Counted from the first letter of the stretch, positions 1-12,362 are shown. The stretch: 64,000 nt of DNA from Trichodelitschia bisporula (GCA_010356995.1 ML996698.1:493923-557922), one strand, 5' to 3'. Notes: a model not told the origin generated them from the sequence alone. A program made the numbers and translations.

Positions 1-210
1 AATATAGCCTACAATTCTACAAATCATTCTCCCCGGAGAACTCCTGCCGCACTGAGTGCATCGTAAATCCGTGAACGCATTCAATCCCCAAGCTACGCCG
101 GAAACCAAGAAGCTAACAACAGCCAATTGCCAGCTCGACACCCGCTACGGTAAATACAATGGCTATCAATTCCAGCTCCCAAACGCCACCACCCCAGCCG
201 ATAAACCGCA

Positions 211-2012
211 TCAGAAATCAGTCTTCAGCCTCTTGGCATCAGGTCCAGTTCCAGCTCCACCACCACCACCGTCATTTGTAGTGGCATTACTGACATCGGC
301 GAGTGGCGCTCTGTTTTGCTGCATCTCCGGACCGCGCTTGACACCAATGGTTGGCGGGCGGTAAGCTGTCCGGTTGCCCATCGGGCTCTGAACCCCACCG
401 CCAGGCAAGCCGATTCTGCGATTGGTGTCGGACTGCGGGTTTACGAAGTTCGGGTTGGGTCGGTTTGACGTAGTGGCTCCAGCAGGCCCGCTGGGACCGC
501 TTGGGGGGTTCCCCGGATTGGCCGCCGTACCAAGTGCCGACCGGGTGATGGGGACAGACTTTCCGCCGTGCACCCCAGCAGTGCGCCGCAGGGATGGACT
601 TTCAGCATGTGGATTGAAGGTAGGCACATTCGCAGGCAGGACATCACTCTTTTGAACTAGTTCAGCAGCCCGGCCCGCGACGAAGCCTATGGCCACGTTG
701 GCCGTTGTAGGTCCCGCTCCGGCCACTATCGAAGGGCGCGGAGTCTGCGGAGTCTGTGGAGTCTGGTTCCCTTTGGTTCCTTCGGGCATTGAGACAGTAC
801 GAGACTGTTGGTTGGGGTTGTGTTGCTGGGGCGGTTGTAGATTCCGTTGACCCTGTGGACGGTACTGCTGAGGGGTGTATTGTGGAGGGGGCATCTGACC
901 AGCGGCGTTTGACCTGGGGTTGGCATTAGTCTGCCCGTTGGCAGATTGCTGTGGCTGCTGTGGATGCTGTCTTCCGGCGAATTGGTTTGGGGATTGAGCT
1001 TCCTGGCGCAGCTGAGGTAAAGACTGAATCCTCGGAAGCTGCTGTCGTGATTGGTTTTGCGGCTGTAACTGGGGCGGTGCGAGAAGGGCATCTAAAGCGG
1101 CTGTATCTGAATTGTTGGTTTCCAGATCCAGAAAATCGCTGCCATACTCGTCCTCATACTCCACCGTCTCCGACGTTGGATTGCTGGAAGGTTCCGTGAC
1201 CGCCTTTTCGGCGACTCCAGCAGGGATAGGAGGCTCGAGTCCAGCTTTCATGGAGGCTTCTTCGATAGGAAGGCTCTGTTTGGGTGGTATGAAATCAGGA
1301 TGTCGGTGAAGGTTGTCCTCATCCCATTTGGCCGGAAGTGTTTTCATCCTCGATACTTTAGACACATAGTCCTTGTCGTAGATGCAGTTTCCGAGAACGT
1401 TGCCGAAACTGCGCAGGGCCCGCTTGAGCGCATCTGTCGACGCTTCTTTTTTTATCTTTTCGAAAGCTTGCCCTTTGCCGGGCATGTTGGAAGTTTCACC
1501 GTATCCGATATCCTGTTCGAGTAAGCATCCATATCGCCGGAAAGATCCCCCGGGTACATACCTCGTGGTAGGTCCCATCCTTCAGGGTGACCCGTACAAT
1601 TGTGGAGCAACCCATGGAGACTTTGCCACTTTTGTCGATATCGACCTTGGTAGATTAGCATCGGGTAATCCGACAGCATTGTAGAACTAACATAGTCTAT
1701 GGTGACATTCTGTATGGCACTCGACCATCCGTTGAAACCAAACACCTCGTTCGCGATACCAATGACCTTCTCTGCAGCGACGTAGTGGAACGACTTGCCG
1801 CCAGGCCCTTTGCGCGATGATATGAACTCCGGACCTAGCTGGCGGTCGAGTTTGGCTTGTAAGGTGGCGATCTCCTCCGCTGTGTACTCCGACATGCGAG
1901 GGATGGGGGGGATGAACGGGTTGTGGATGTCGCCCGCCATCCGCTTGAGGTCTTCTGTCCTGCGTCTGTTAGCTTTGTAACTTTCCTAAGGGGTTTACAC
2001 TCACGAAGGCAT
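211..2012 (-). CDS. RAD52: DNA repair/recombination protein Rad52 (Rad22 family), 4 exons
   Basis: Spliced product: MPS (8-nt first exon, gtgagt donor) / TEDLKRMAGDIHNPF..EYTAEEIATLQAKLDRQLGPEFISSRKGPGG..ANEVFGFNGWSS / VRVTLKDGTYHE / DIGYG..AFEKIKKEASTDALKRALRSFGNVLGNCIYDK. These are hallmark Rad52 N-domain motifs, followed by a Q/P-rich disordered tail ending AKRLKTDF. Confidence 0.97.
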
Positions 2013-2081
2013 CTCGCAAATTGGTTCGAAGGTGCGGAGGTAAGTTAATGGCGAATGAGTTGGTGCTGGACGTAAGAAGTG

Positions 2082-2146
2082 ACGCGACCGAGATCGCCAA
2101 GACGACGCGGTTGACGCAGCGCGACCGGAGGACTGAATCACGTGAC
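2082..2146. promoter_or_regulatory. MCB-like ACGCG elements and a TCACGTGA E-box upstream of RAD52
   Basis: ACGCGA at 2082, ACGCGG at 2105 and TCACGTGA at 2138-2145, 70-135 nt upstream of the RAD52 ATG. MCB elements are typical of fungal DNA-repair promoters. Confidence 0.4.
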
Positions 2147-2360
2147 TATTGAGCTCAAGCTACGAGGGTCGAGTGCCAGGAGACATTGAGGGCAAGAAGA
2201 CAATCAATTTGAATTTGTACAGTAGCAATAGTGATGCCATATTTTATGGCATTGAATATCGTGGCAGCCAGCAACCATTTACTCGTACAGATATCCGCCA
2301 CAAACTTCCAAAAACGCTCTCAATTTACGGTACGGGAATGCCTCATGCCTTCGAAATCTC

Positions 2361-2711
2361 TCATCGTCTTGGGAGCTTGCTCCGGTCCGACGGTAAATCC
2401 CTATCAACCCATATAGGTGTTTGAATGTGCTTCTTCATGGCCTCATCTAGTTCGGATTCGGAGTCTTGCGCATCGGCGGACAGGGCACCTTTGATTTTGA
2501 TCTCGTCATTGGTATCCTTCACGTTCCTGTTGAAGACACTGCCTTCGCGGTAGCAGCAGAGTATGACGGTTATGGCGACGAAGACGGCAAATACTACTCC
2601 CAAGCAGATAGCCAGTGTCCTGAAGAATCCCGGGTCTTTCGTCGGATTGTTTGGTTCCAGGTCCAAAGAGATATCTCGGGCTCTGTTCATGATGAAAGTG
2701 ATGGGTGCCAT
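2361..2711 (-). CDS. Small single-pass membrane protein, unknown function (~116 aa)
   Basis: ATG at 2711 (MAPI...), one hydrophobic helix LAICLGVVFAVFVAITVILCC, then a charged tail. Confidence 0.5.
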   Translation of the reverse strand: MAPITFIMNRARDISLDLEPNNPTKDPGFFRTLAICLGVVFAVFVAITVILCCYREGSVFNRNVKDTNDEIKIKGALSADAQDSESELDEAMKKHIQTPIWVDRDLPSDRSKLPRR

Positions 2712-3314
2712 CAAGATGTTGAGGTCGGTAGGATAGCTTTGTGACGCAAGCGGAGATAGATCGGGCTGCGACTAGGAGTCCGGAGGTCGATGAAGTGAGC
2801 GAAAGTCGAGCTGGATGAATGTGTAAACATCTGCTATTGAGCGGTAAGCTCAGCCATGAAGAAAGCTTGGGAGATGAGGGAAAGTACTATCTGTGCGTAC
2901 ACTTGTTCTAACTTCCACGCAGAGTATGCTCCTTTATCCAGATAAGTGGAACTGAGCTCCAAAGGCTTTCATGGAACTAGGTGGCCAAATTCGACGCAGG
3001 TGTTCCAGAAATATACTGGCTAAGATTTGTGAAGGCGCCAACGGTAGGTGGTATCACATCGGTGACGTTCCTTTATGAGAACCTTCACCCGGATGTGACC
3101 CGCAGTGAAAGTGGCCCTTGTAACGCGAACAAAGCCCTAGCAAAACAAAGGAACACGCCGTTCTTACCAGCTAAGGCTTTTTGGGCACACTTTTGGAAAC
3201 TAGATGGCAAAACAGTTCCCCTCAAATTTCCAGTGTCCCCGTCACTAAGTGATTACCTGGCGCCCAGTGGAACTGAAGCTGTGTATACCGGTGACATATT
3301 CCGTCTGTGAGCGT

Positions 3315-3785
3315 TCAAGAATCGTCATCTCGTCCAGAGCGCTGTCTCCTTTTGTAGTCCTTTATGACTTTTGATGCTTCGCTCTCATGGACATCGCCCT
3401 CGACTCGCTTTGTTTCAGACGATTCAGTCTGCCGTTGACCGAGCAGAGTCTCCCTTAGTACTGCCTGCTCGTCCACCCCCTCCAGTTGACCACGTCGGCG
3501 CAAAGACTCTTTTCTCCAGTCAAGCTGTCCACCGTCCATTTCGCGATGCCGTTTGGCGCTCAGCTTGGCGTTTTGTATGCTCGAGCGTGTGTACACAAAG
3601 ACCAGGCAAGCCATCGTAAAGGCAGCAAGCGGCGCCATGAGGGTCTGAAAATACTGAATTAGACTCTAAGTACCTCACCATGACATCGAATGACTCACTC
3701 GGCCATTGATGGTTCGCGACCGTCCGGGTCTGGAGGTCTCAGACAATTTGTCAGGCGACCTTGGGACGGATACCCGGCCCCCCAT
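3315..3785 (-). CDS. Small fungal protein with one hydrophobic segment, 2 exons
   Basis: MGGRVSVPRSP..TINGR / gtgagt..ctaat..cag / TLMAPLAAFTMACLVFVYTRSSIQNAKLSAKRHREMDGGQLDWRKESLRRRG. The splice is clean and in frame. Confidence 0.75.
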
Positions 3786-4368
3786 TCTTACTGGAAAGGT
3801 GGCAGTAGTCACGGTCGCTCAGCAACTATCAGTGCAAGGAAATTGGAGCAGAAATGCAAAAGAGCCTCATGTAGAGCTGTAAGCACGCCTTAATGGAAGC
3901 TGTTGGATGTGATGAAACGGAGGTGATGTCGAGCCCATGTCCACCAGGCAACAAGGCAACCACGGCAACATGGCACGCCTGTGCTAACCCACTGGACGAT
4001 TATTGTGGGGAGGGCGGAGACGGAGGGTCTCGGGAGTGGCACGTACTTGTGGCTTGTCTCCGTCACGAACTTTTGCTAGTTCTTCGGTTACACTCTGCTG
4101 GAATATTTATCATCCATCATCCGTTCACGACGTTCTAGCCCAGCCGACACACACAGTCCTGTACTAAGCATCATCAGTAATCGCCGGGATCTTTCACTGG
4201 GTGCTGCAGTCGGCTTATATGGGACACTTTCTCACAAAGCACTCCTCTTGTCCTTATCCGCGCCCTCCGAACTTTCGACCATCCTGGACGTTTGAATAAG
4301 GTTCTCGAACCCGCTTACTAAAGTGTGCCCAGTGACGCTGCCAGAATCTTGCGCCATTTCCGGAGCCC

Positions 4369-5984
4369 ATGATTCACCTAAGACCTGTGCCATATTCGTC
4401 TCTGACAGCGAATTCAAACCCTTTCAGCCAGCTTCTGTTTATATTCTCGAGATCTCCGAGACCAACCTCCATTCTGGCGACATCACGACTCTCCTCACTC
4501 TCACGCCAGTTTTCATCCACGTCGGTCCGCATGGCTCCTCTCCCGAAGGAATGTGAACTGCTTGTGGTGGGGGGTGGAAGCGGCGGGGTAGCTTCCGCTC
4601 GCCGCGCAGCTGGTGTTTATGGTATCAAAACCATTATTATTGAAGGCAAGGCTCTTGGTGGGACTTGCGTGAATGTGGGGTAAATGCACCCAACGACGTT
4701 TTATTATCTAGATAGCCAATAACGTCTTGCAGATGTGTGCCCAAGAAGGTCACCTGGAATGCTGCGACCATGGCGGAAGCTGTTCGCTCTGATGCCAAGG
4801 CATATGGCTTCAATGTCAAGGAAATAACACCGTTTGACTGGACCACCTTCAAGCATAAGCGTGATGCATACGTCAAACGCCTGAATGGAATCTACGAGCG
4901 AAATCTTGCCAATGAGAAAGTCGAGTACGTCTACGGCCAGGCCAGCTTCCTTAGCAAGAACGAAGTTGAGGTCGCATTGCACGACGGAGGCAAGCAGCTG
5001 ATCAAGGCGAAAAAACTGCTCATCGCCGTTGGTGGCCGTCCTCACTACCCGGAGGAGGTTCCGGGCGCCCATCTGGGAATCGACAGCGATGGCTTTTTTG
5101 ACCTTGAGACGCAGCCAAGGAAGGTGGCTATCATCGGTGCCGGTTACATCGCCATTGAGTTTGCTGGCATGTTCAATGCCTTGGGTACCGAAACCCACCT
5201 GTTCATCCGCGGCGAGAAGTTTCTGCGCAGCTTCGACCCGATGATCCAGGATAAGCTTGGAGCGGAGTATGAACGGGTGGGTATCCAAATCCACAAGCAG
5301 TTCGCCGCTCTCAAAATCGAGGAAGTCGATGGAGGTCGGAAGCGGCTTCATTACAAGGGTCCCTCGGGGAATCATAATGATGATTTCGACGTTGTTATTT
5401 GGGCCATTGGTCGGACGCCTGAAACAGACCGCATCGGCCTGGAAAATACTGGTGTCGCCACGGACGCAAAGGGTCACATCATCGTCGACGAATATCAAAA
5501 CACGAATGTGGATAACATCTATGCACTGGGCGACGTTTCCAATAGTGGCCACGAACTTACTCCTGTTGCTATTGCTGCGGGCCGTCGGCTCGGGGATCGT
5601 CTCTTTGGCGGCAAGAAGGATTCCCATTTGGACTACACCAACATCCCGTCCGTCGTTTTCGCACACCCTGAAGTCGGTACCATTGGCTTGACTGAGCCAC
5701 AGGCGAGAGAGAAGTACGGCGACGCTGTCAAGGTGTACACGAGCAACTTTGTCGGAATGTACTACGCCATGATGGATGCGGAACACAAGGCGCCCTCGTC
5801 GTACAAGATCGTCTGCGCGGGACCGGAGGAGCGCGTTGTTGGGCTGCATATCCTAGGCCAAGGCAGCGCTGAGATGCTGCAGGGCTTCGGGGTGGCCATC
5901 AAAATGGGCGCGACGAAGGCTGATTTCGATAACTGTGTTGCTATCCACCCGACCAGTGCCGAGGAGCTGGTGACGATGAAGTGA
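4369..5984 (+). CDS. GLR1: Glutathione reductase (ATG 4531 for the cytosolic form; upstream in-frame ATG 4369 adds a presequence); intron 4680-4732
   Basis: FAD motif VVGGGSGG, redox-active [13 protein letters not shown] split by the intron, NADPH motif [10 protein letters not shown]-terminal [12 protein letters not shown]. Confidence 0.97.
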
Positions 5985-6464
5985 AATTGTTGGGTTGGTG
6001 TAGGGCTTGGCACCGGGTTTCCTATTGAGGTATGTAGTTCTAGACGATAAGGAACAATACTGCCGTGCATTGATAGCTGTCTGGCCCCACGTGAGCCCCG
6101 TGCTTGGTGAATGGCAGAATTTCTGGTATGTGCTTCCGACAATAGCAAGGCAAGAATATCAGACACAATTACGCTAGCGCCTCAAACACAATGGGAGCCT
6201 CAATGAGAACCAGAGATGCGAATGACAATGACATCATCAATAGCATTGTCGAACAGCTCCATAAGATGGCTCTACCGACAGCTGAATATTCTCCTCTTCG
6301 TTGCATCTTCACCGTCACTCCACAGCAACTCCTCACTTCAAGTTCGTCAAATAACCACATCTCGGTGCAACTTGCCAGAGCCTTGTCGCCACCACTGCGC
6401 TACCCCTTACGAACTCGACACCAGACACATAATTCGTTCACGATATTCTCGGACGACATCCAAC

Positions 6465-7955
6465 ATGAGTTACCCGTCGGCTTCTCCTCCCACCCAGGCG
6501 ATGGGCCGGAACGGGACTTCAAAGCGCCAGGACAGACTGGTAGCGGATGACACCGACATCCTCATCGACAGACTTCTCCAAGATCTTCTCAAAGTTCCAG
6601 CCCCCTCAGAAACAGCCGAGTTCCAATGCAACAACTTTGCCTCTGAGCACAGTCTATCGGACGCAAGCACCCACGACATGCCTCATCAGCAGATCGATTC
6701 TTCTACCGGCAATCCAGAGACCCATTCGATTTCGTTCGTGTCTCCTCCTGAGCCCTATGCGTTCGAAGCTGAAGCAGCCCCTGGAATTCAGACGACTCCT
6801 CTCCATCTGGCACTGGATGCTTCGACCTGCCGAGAGAATCGATCAAACCCCCCTGAACAAGCAGACACGGCCTCCATTTCCCAGTCGACCCTCTCCTACG
6901 TCAGTCTCACGCCTTCCGACTCGATCAGCCAAGTCATGGACCGTCTTTACCCCAGCCCGATTCCGGAGCCACCAGCGTTTCTTCCAGCGGCTCAGGCGCC
7001 AGTGCCTCAAGTTTGTGCTGACACTGCACAATCCGCTTTCGAGTCGCAAGTTTCTCAAAACAACGCCATGCTCGAGATACCGGATCATCGCGATGGCGCA
7101 TCTCTGCTTACTCGTTGCCGCTCCAAATCAGTTTCCACTGTCTATTCATACCAGACTATCGTTCCGGACGATTCGGTCAGCCGAGTTATGGACCGCAACT
7201 GGGCCAGAGAACGGAAGCCGCAGTACCGAAGCGTATCATCCCCGAATTTCCCGGTTGTTGTGAGCCTGCCTAGGGTTGCGACACCTTCGAGTTTACCTCT
7301 GGGTGCAGTATCTCCGAGCGAACTCAGAGAGCAAGCTGCCATACATGCAGAAAAGGCTGCTACGTATGCACTGGCGGCAAAGCACGCAGAGGAAGCGGAA
7401 ATGCTTGCAAAACAGGCCGAGATGATAGAAACTGCTCAGCGCCAACGCACTTCAGTAGCACTTCTTCCGGCCCCCGCACAGCCCGCTTCTTTGTCCTCGA
7501 AACGGGCCTCTCTCTACACATCTGGGAAGAGTGTCCGGGTTTGCGATGCTCCATCGTCTGTCAATGCTTCTTGGACCAATTCCTCTTCCAAAGGGTCTGG
7601 CTCTTCCGGCACTCTTAACAGCAGTCGCATGTCCGGCTTCAAGCGCTCGGTCGACACCTCCCGCGTGAGAGTTAGTGGACTGTTCAAGAAGTTGCCCCAT
7701 TCTGTGAGTATTTTAACCCGTTTTATTCTCTGATCAGTTTCTAACCTGCTGAAGTCACCCAACACACCATTCACCACGCCTCCCACCTCTCCGCGTGTGG
7801 TGTCTGCTAGCTTTTCGCAGCAACCCAATGCATCAACACCTCCGAAGTCCAGTCAAGTCGGCAGAACTCCCGTCGACTCGGTGATTATGGCATCACCTCG
7901 TGAACCCAAGTCCAAAAAGCGGATCACCTTCGCCGGTCTTGAGCTCCACTTCTAG
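6465..7955 (+). CDS. Ser/Pro-rich, probably disordered protein of unknown function, 2 exons
   Basis: Long ORF (likely start caacATG 6465; the frame is open from 6216). Intron gtgagt..ctaac..aag near 7704-7754 joins a final exon ending KSKKRITFAGLELHF*. Confidence 0.65.
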
Positions 7956-8410
7956 GATGCTTCTACGGATCTGCCAATGTTGTGATTCTTCACATCACAT
8001 CTATTGACGGGTTTACCCTTTCTCTCCTCCTGTTTGTGGAAGGCCAGGGAGGAAATGCGAATTCGGTATCTGATGGAGGTGGTGGTTTACGGATACTGTA
8101 AAAAAAGTACGAGTATCATGTGTTATGGGGTCGACTCTCATGTGCTTCATTTTGTAATTGTAGTTCACTTTTTTGTTGTTTTCTATAGCTTGCCGTTTTG
8201 CTTCCTCAGTACAGTAGATAGACCACGATTTCTTTATGCACATTCAACCCCCATCTCGCCTCGTCATGTGATAATCAGTCATCACGTGCAGACATGAGAC
8301 GCCATATCTCAACATCGCAATCCAGGCCGTGTCTTCCAAAAGCAATCGACACCTCGCTTGTTGACACGATATCCAGTGTCTTCTCCTCCCACTTCCATAG
8401 CCCCCACGCC

Positions 8411-9205
8411 ATGTCGCTTGCCAACATCTGGCACCACCGGCGCGTCGCCAACGCCTCGTCTAAAGCATGTTGGGTTTGCTTCAAGCCGTCAACCAGCGTT
8501 CTGATCACACCAGACAACAAGGTACGGCGCCTAGCCGGCTCACGGCACATCTTCCGTGCACCAGACTTCTAAATTACATCTCCGCTAAGGATTTCTTCTA
8601 CATTTGTCCTGGACACCTCAAGGATCGCGGATTTTGCACGCCTGATACCGCTGAGGTAGCTGCAGTGGCGGCGAAGCGCAAGACGGCGGAAGAGGAGGCG
8701 GCGTTGAAAGCTGAGGTTGAGCGCGTGAAGAAGGAGTACGAAGAAAAGCGCAAGGCGAAGGCCAAGGATGGGAAGAGTAAGGCGGAGACTGACGGCGAGA
8801 AGGAGGTGAAGAATGCCGGGGAGACGTCTACCGCTGCCGATGCCGCCAAACCGCAAGACTCTGCAAAGCACTCCGCAAATCCAGATGACGATGGCCCTCG
8901 TATATTCACTCTCTCGAAGTAAGTCCGTACGATTTCGTAACAATCCCCACACCACAGGTCACAGTGCCTGTCACTGAGCCGAGAGCATTCCGATTGCCAT
9001 GCTGGCATTTCTCATAGCCCATATGGCCCAGCGCAAGATATTTTAGCAGCGTGCTGCTCAAACTCTTCTTTGGCTGTTGACGCTGCGCAGAAGCTTTTAC
9101 CAGCAGCGCGTGGACCGCCTGCGCGCTGCCGAACTTGCGCGGCGCAACCGTGAGCGACTAAAGAACCCATCATTATTCCCATCCGTCCCGACGGGTGGCC
9201 CCTGA
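8411..9205 (+). CDS. VFA1: Vps4-associated protein 1 (DUF1742 family), 3 exons
   Basis: NIWHHRRVA..SKACWVCFKPSTSVLITPDNK / DFFYICPGHLKDRGFC, a Lys/Glu coiled coil, PRIFTLSK / SFYQQRVDR..LFPSVP. Confidence 0.9.
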
Positions 9206-10313
9206 GGACAAGTTGGAATTAGCTACTCGCATCTACAAGGGTGAACGGGTCTGAGTTACTCAGAATATCAAGGCCAGAAACCCAAGGAAGCTTTCCTCAT
9301 GCCGAGAAAGCCTTACTTAACAAATCTCTTGCTCCCAAGAACTCCTTGCATTCTCCTTATGCAGTCAGCATTTAGTTACGCAACGCCATTCAGAACCCCA
9401 CCACTCCACCTCACACCGACACAACTATACCTTACGAGCCATGAACCCGAGCTCGTCTCCCTTGCGCCTAGAACCGACAGCGTCAAACTCCGTTCCTGAC
9501 AAGCTTCTGACCCTTTCCGGCCTGCTCCGCCCGCCGCCCCTGTTATCGGCCGATCTGTATCTAGACCGTAAGGCTTAGCTAGTGGCAAGCTAATACGAGA
9601 CCGAAGGTATTATTATCATGTGTCGCCAAGTCCTCTACCTAGACATGCATCGCGTGCTCCACATCCTCCGACGTCCCCTCATAAACTAACAGGCAGATAC
9701 TGCACAGCTAGAACCCACATGGCCTGGATGACTTAGCCTGCCACTGCGTGGCGCTTGCTCACACGGCTTAAACGCCGCAAAATAGCCCCGCACGCATGGC
9801 TGGAACCTCCTCGCGCAGCAGGGCGGAGGGTTGATATCGCCGGTTCGCATACGGGCATACGTCTAGACGCCTATGTTGACAATAGCTCCTTCTGCGTATC
9901 CCATACTGTACACCGGATACGCACCGCATCAGTATCTTACTCCTATCCACTCTCCCACCGCTGCGGACCTACGTCCGCCCGCCCCCCACCCCCGCCCAGC
10001 AACGCCGCGGCTGACTGAGCCTCCCCGGATTGCAGAAATGGCATCACCGCGGACCACACGCGCCGCTCGCCAAGTCTCCCACCCCGCACTCGGAGGTGAG
10101 CATTGTCCGGAAGCGTAGCTGTATGCGCATATCAACGTCATGTCAGAAGTATGATCGAGAACTGGCATCGTCGTCGAAGTTACGATCGTCTTACGGGGCG
10201 ATTTGAGGTCTACCCTGGTCGGAGCCCACGGACGGTAGAGGCAAGGGAGGATTGGAGGGGGCGGGACGGCTAGCCGTGTGTCGGCCTGGGGATCGGCGAG
10301 ATGCATATGCGAG

Positions 10314-10400
10314 TTCGGCGAGGCAGGTGCGATGCAGGTCTGGCTTCGGCGAGGGGAGGTGCGATGCATGCCTGACTTCGGCTAGGGGAAGTGCGATGCT
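10314..10400 (+). repeat. Three degenerate 31-32 bp tandem repeats
   Basis: ttcggcgaggcaggtgcgatgcaggtctggc / ttcggcgaggggaggtgcgatgcatgcctgac / ttcggctaggggaagtgcgatgct. Confidence 0.8.
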
Positions 10401-10669
10401 GCTGGTTCCACTGAGTGGGTTTGGTCTTGCTATTGCTAGATACCCCGCATCTCACTCTGCTCACAACTGGGGGTTGGCCTGCGGGCTGACAGGCGCGGGA
10501 CTTGGTCGGGAGGTTCGTGGTAACATCACGGGGAGTGAGCGATGACGACAGGGGTTGACTCTAGCATAGGTTACTCTATAGCAAGATCCTAGCGTCAGAC
10601 AACGCTCGATGACATTTCCCACAGCCATCATAATGCCAACTCACGCTCGGGAAGCACCCCTTCACAGAT

Positions 10670-12362
10670 CTACAACAACCCCCTCCCCGTCGCACTCGTT
10701 GCCGGCATCCCCACCCCAGGCCCACGTCTAATCTTCCCCTCCACCGCCCCCTTGCTCCTAACCTCATCAACCCGTCCCCTTGCCAACGTAATCGCCGGCA
10801 CAACCCACGCACCACACGAGCAACGCATCCCCTGCCACGCATACTTCCCAACCTGCGCCCCACACTTCGGCTGCGGACACTCGAGGCGGCCCTCGAGGCG
10901 CGCATGCTCCAGCTCGGACCGCATCCAGCTCAGCGGGTCGAGGAAGTAGTGCGCGCAGGTTAGGGTTTGGGGGAAGGGGGCGTTATGCGGCGGAGGTGTA
11001 TGGGGGATTAGGTGGGTTGATGTTGCGAGTTTGCGCCTGCGGGTTACGTTAGTTTGTGTGGTGCGGGGTGTGGTGGGGGACGCACCGGCACTTCTTACAC
11101 TTGAGCTCGAACTCTGCGGTTTCAGGGGAGTCGGGAGAGACGTGCTCATCCTCGAAGCGGATGTTCTCGATTTCTGGGGCCTGGCCGCATTCGGCGCTCA
11201 TTTGCACTTGGCGCTGGTAGAGCCAGCGTTGGTAGACGGGGTGGGAGTCTATGTCCGTGGGCATGTTCATTTGGTGGTACAGTTCTAGTTGCTGCCAGAA
11301 GCCCTCGTTGGGCTCAACGAGTGGTCGGCTTTGGCGTACTTGCGCGAGAGCTTCGCTGGGTGTGATGCCGTACTTGTGGATGAGGTAGGCTAGCACGCAG
11401 GTGGCCGAACGCGACTTGCCCATTGCACTGAGACGATGTTAATACTTAGTCCATGGTAAGGATAACTGGGTACACGAAGAGGAATGATTGGAGCAGGATG
11501 ATTACACGACGACATAGCATATAGTCCGGGATATGGAGTAGGCAGCAGGGGATCAAACCCATGCAACGAAACCCAAGTAAACTGAGAGGGAGACAGCAGT
11601 CGACCCATCAGCCTGAGCCCTAGGTAAGCTGAAGCCTTCGAAAGGCATCTTGGTTCGCATGTAGCAGCATGATCACAGCGATGATCAAAACTGTCCAGAA
11701 AGAGAGAGGAGAAGCGAGGTGGCACTTTTGAGGCTGACATGAAGTCTGAAAAGAGTAACCCTGCCACGCCTCATAAAAAGGAGATCGGTTGCCATGTGCG
11801 CCAAGTCATCAGAAGAAGAAACAGTCAGGAGTGCGCAATTCCAAATCTGGCTGCGGGTGGCTGATATCGAGGCGCGTTTCCGATGGCAGATTCGATCCGT
11901 TCCACTGCCGATCTTCATGACGCAAGACCGAGGGAAAAAAAGAAACACCAACTCCCAAATTCGATGCTTATGCGCCTTAATGATATAACGGGATTTAACA
12001 TACCAGTGGACGAACACACCGCCTCCGCCGTCCAGGCCCTCCTGGACGAAGGCGTTCGTGGCGGCAAAGTGCTCGAGCAGATTCTCATCTTCGACGTCAT
12101 CGACTTCAACGTGCATGTGCTTGTACGACTCAAAAAGCTTCTTGTCGAGCGGTTGCCGAAGTACAGAGAGCACGTGGGTGATGTTCGCCTCCTGCATCTG
12201 CTCTTTGCGCCGCAGGGTGAACAGACTGGTAAGGCGACGGTTAGCCTGGTGACCACATGTAGATCGCAAGCCATCAGGCCCCCAGATGCATGTGGGCGGT
12301 GGTTCAGGTACTCACCCGCCGATGTAGAGCTTAAGATCTCCGGGAACCTTGTCCAACAACAT
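10670..12362 (-). CDS. YVH1: Dual-specificity protein phosphatase with C-terminal zinc-binding domain, 4 exons
   Basis: LYIGG / ..ITHVLSV..VDDVEDENLLEHF..VFVHC / AMGKSRSAT (HCxxGxxRS loop), EPNEGF, CKKCR / R, CAHYFLDPLSWM, GRLECP..CGAQVGKYAWQGMRCSCG. Confidence 0.95.
11824..11921 (-). ncRNA. Candidate intronic box C/D snoRNA in YVH1 intron 2
   Basis: On the sense strand, ATGAAGA (box C-like, 11918-11912) lies ~85 nt before CTGA (box D, 11828-11825), with internal stems ggcag..ctgcc and atcg..cgat. No rRNA target identified. Confidence 0.35.

Noticed and set aside
4704..5849. 381-aa minus-strand ORF
   Set aside because: Antisense shadow of glutathione reductase, explained by codon bias; no recognisable motifs.
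5982..6050. Stop-codon readthrough to a peroxisomal signal in glutathione reductase
   Set aside because: The stop context is TGA-AAT rather than TGA-CTA, and the extension ends SRR, which is not a PTS1.
11750..11770. TAACCCT as telomerase template or telomere repeat
   Set aside because: Single short match without the full template or a repeat array.
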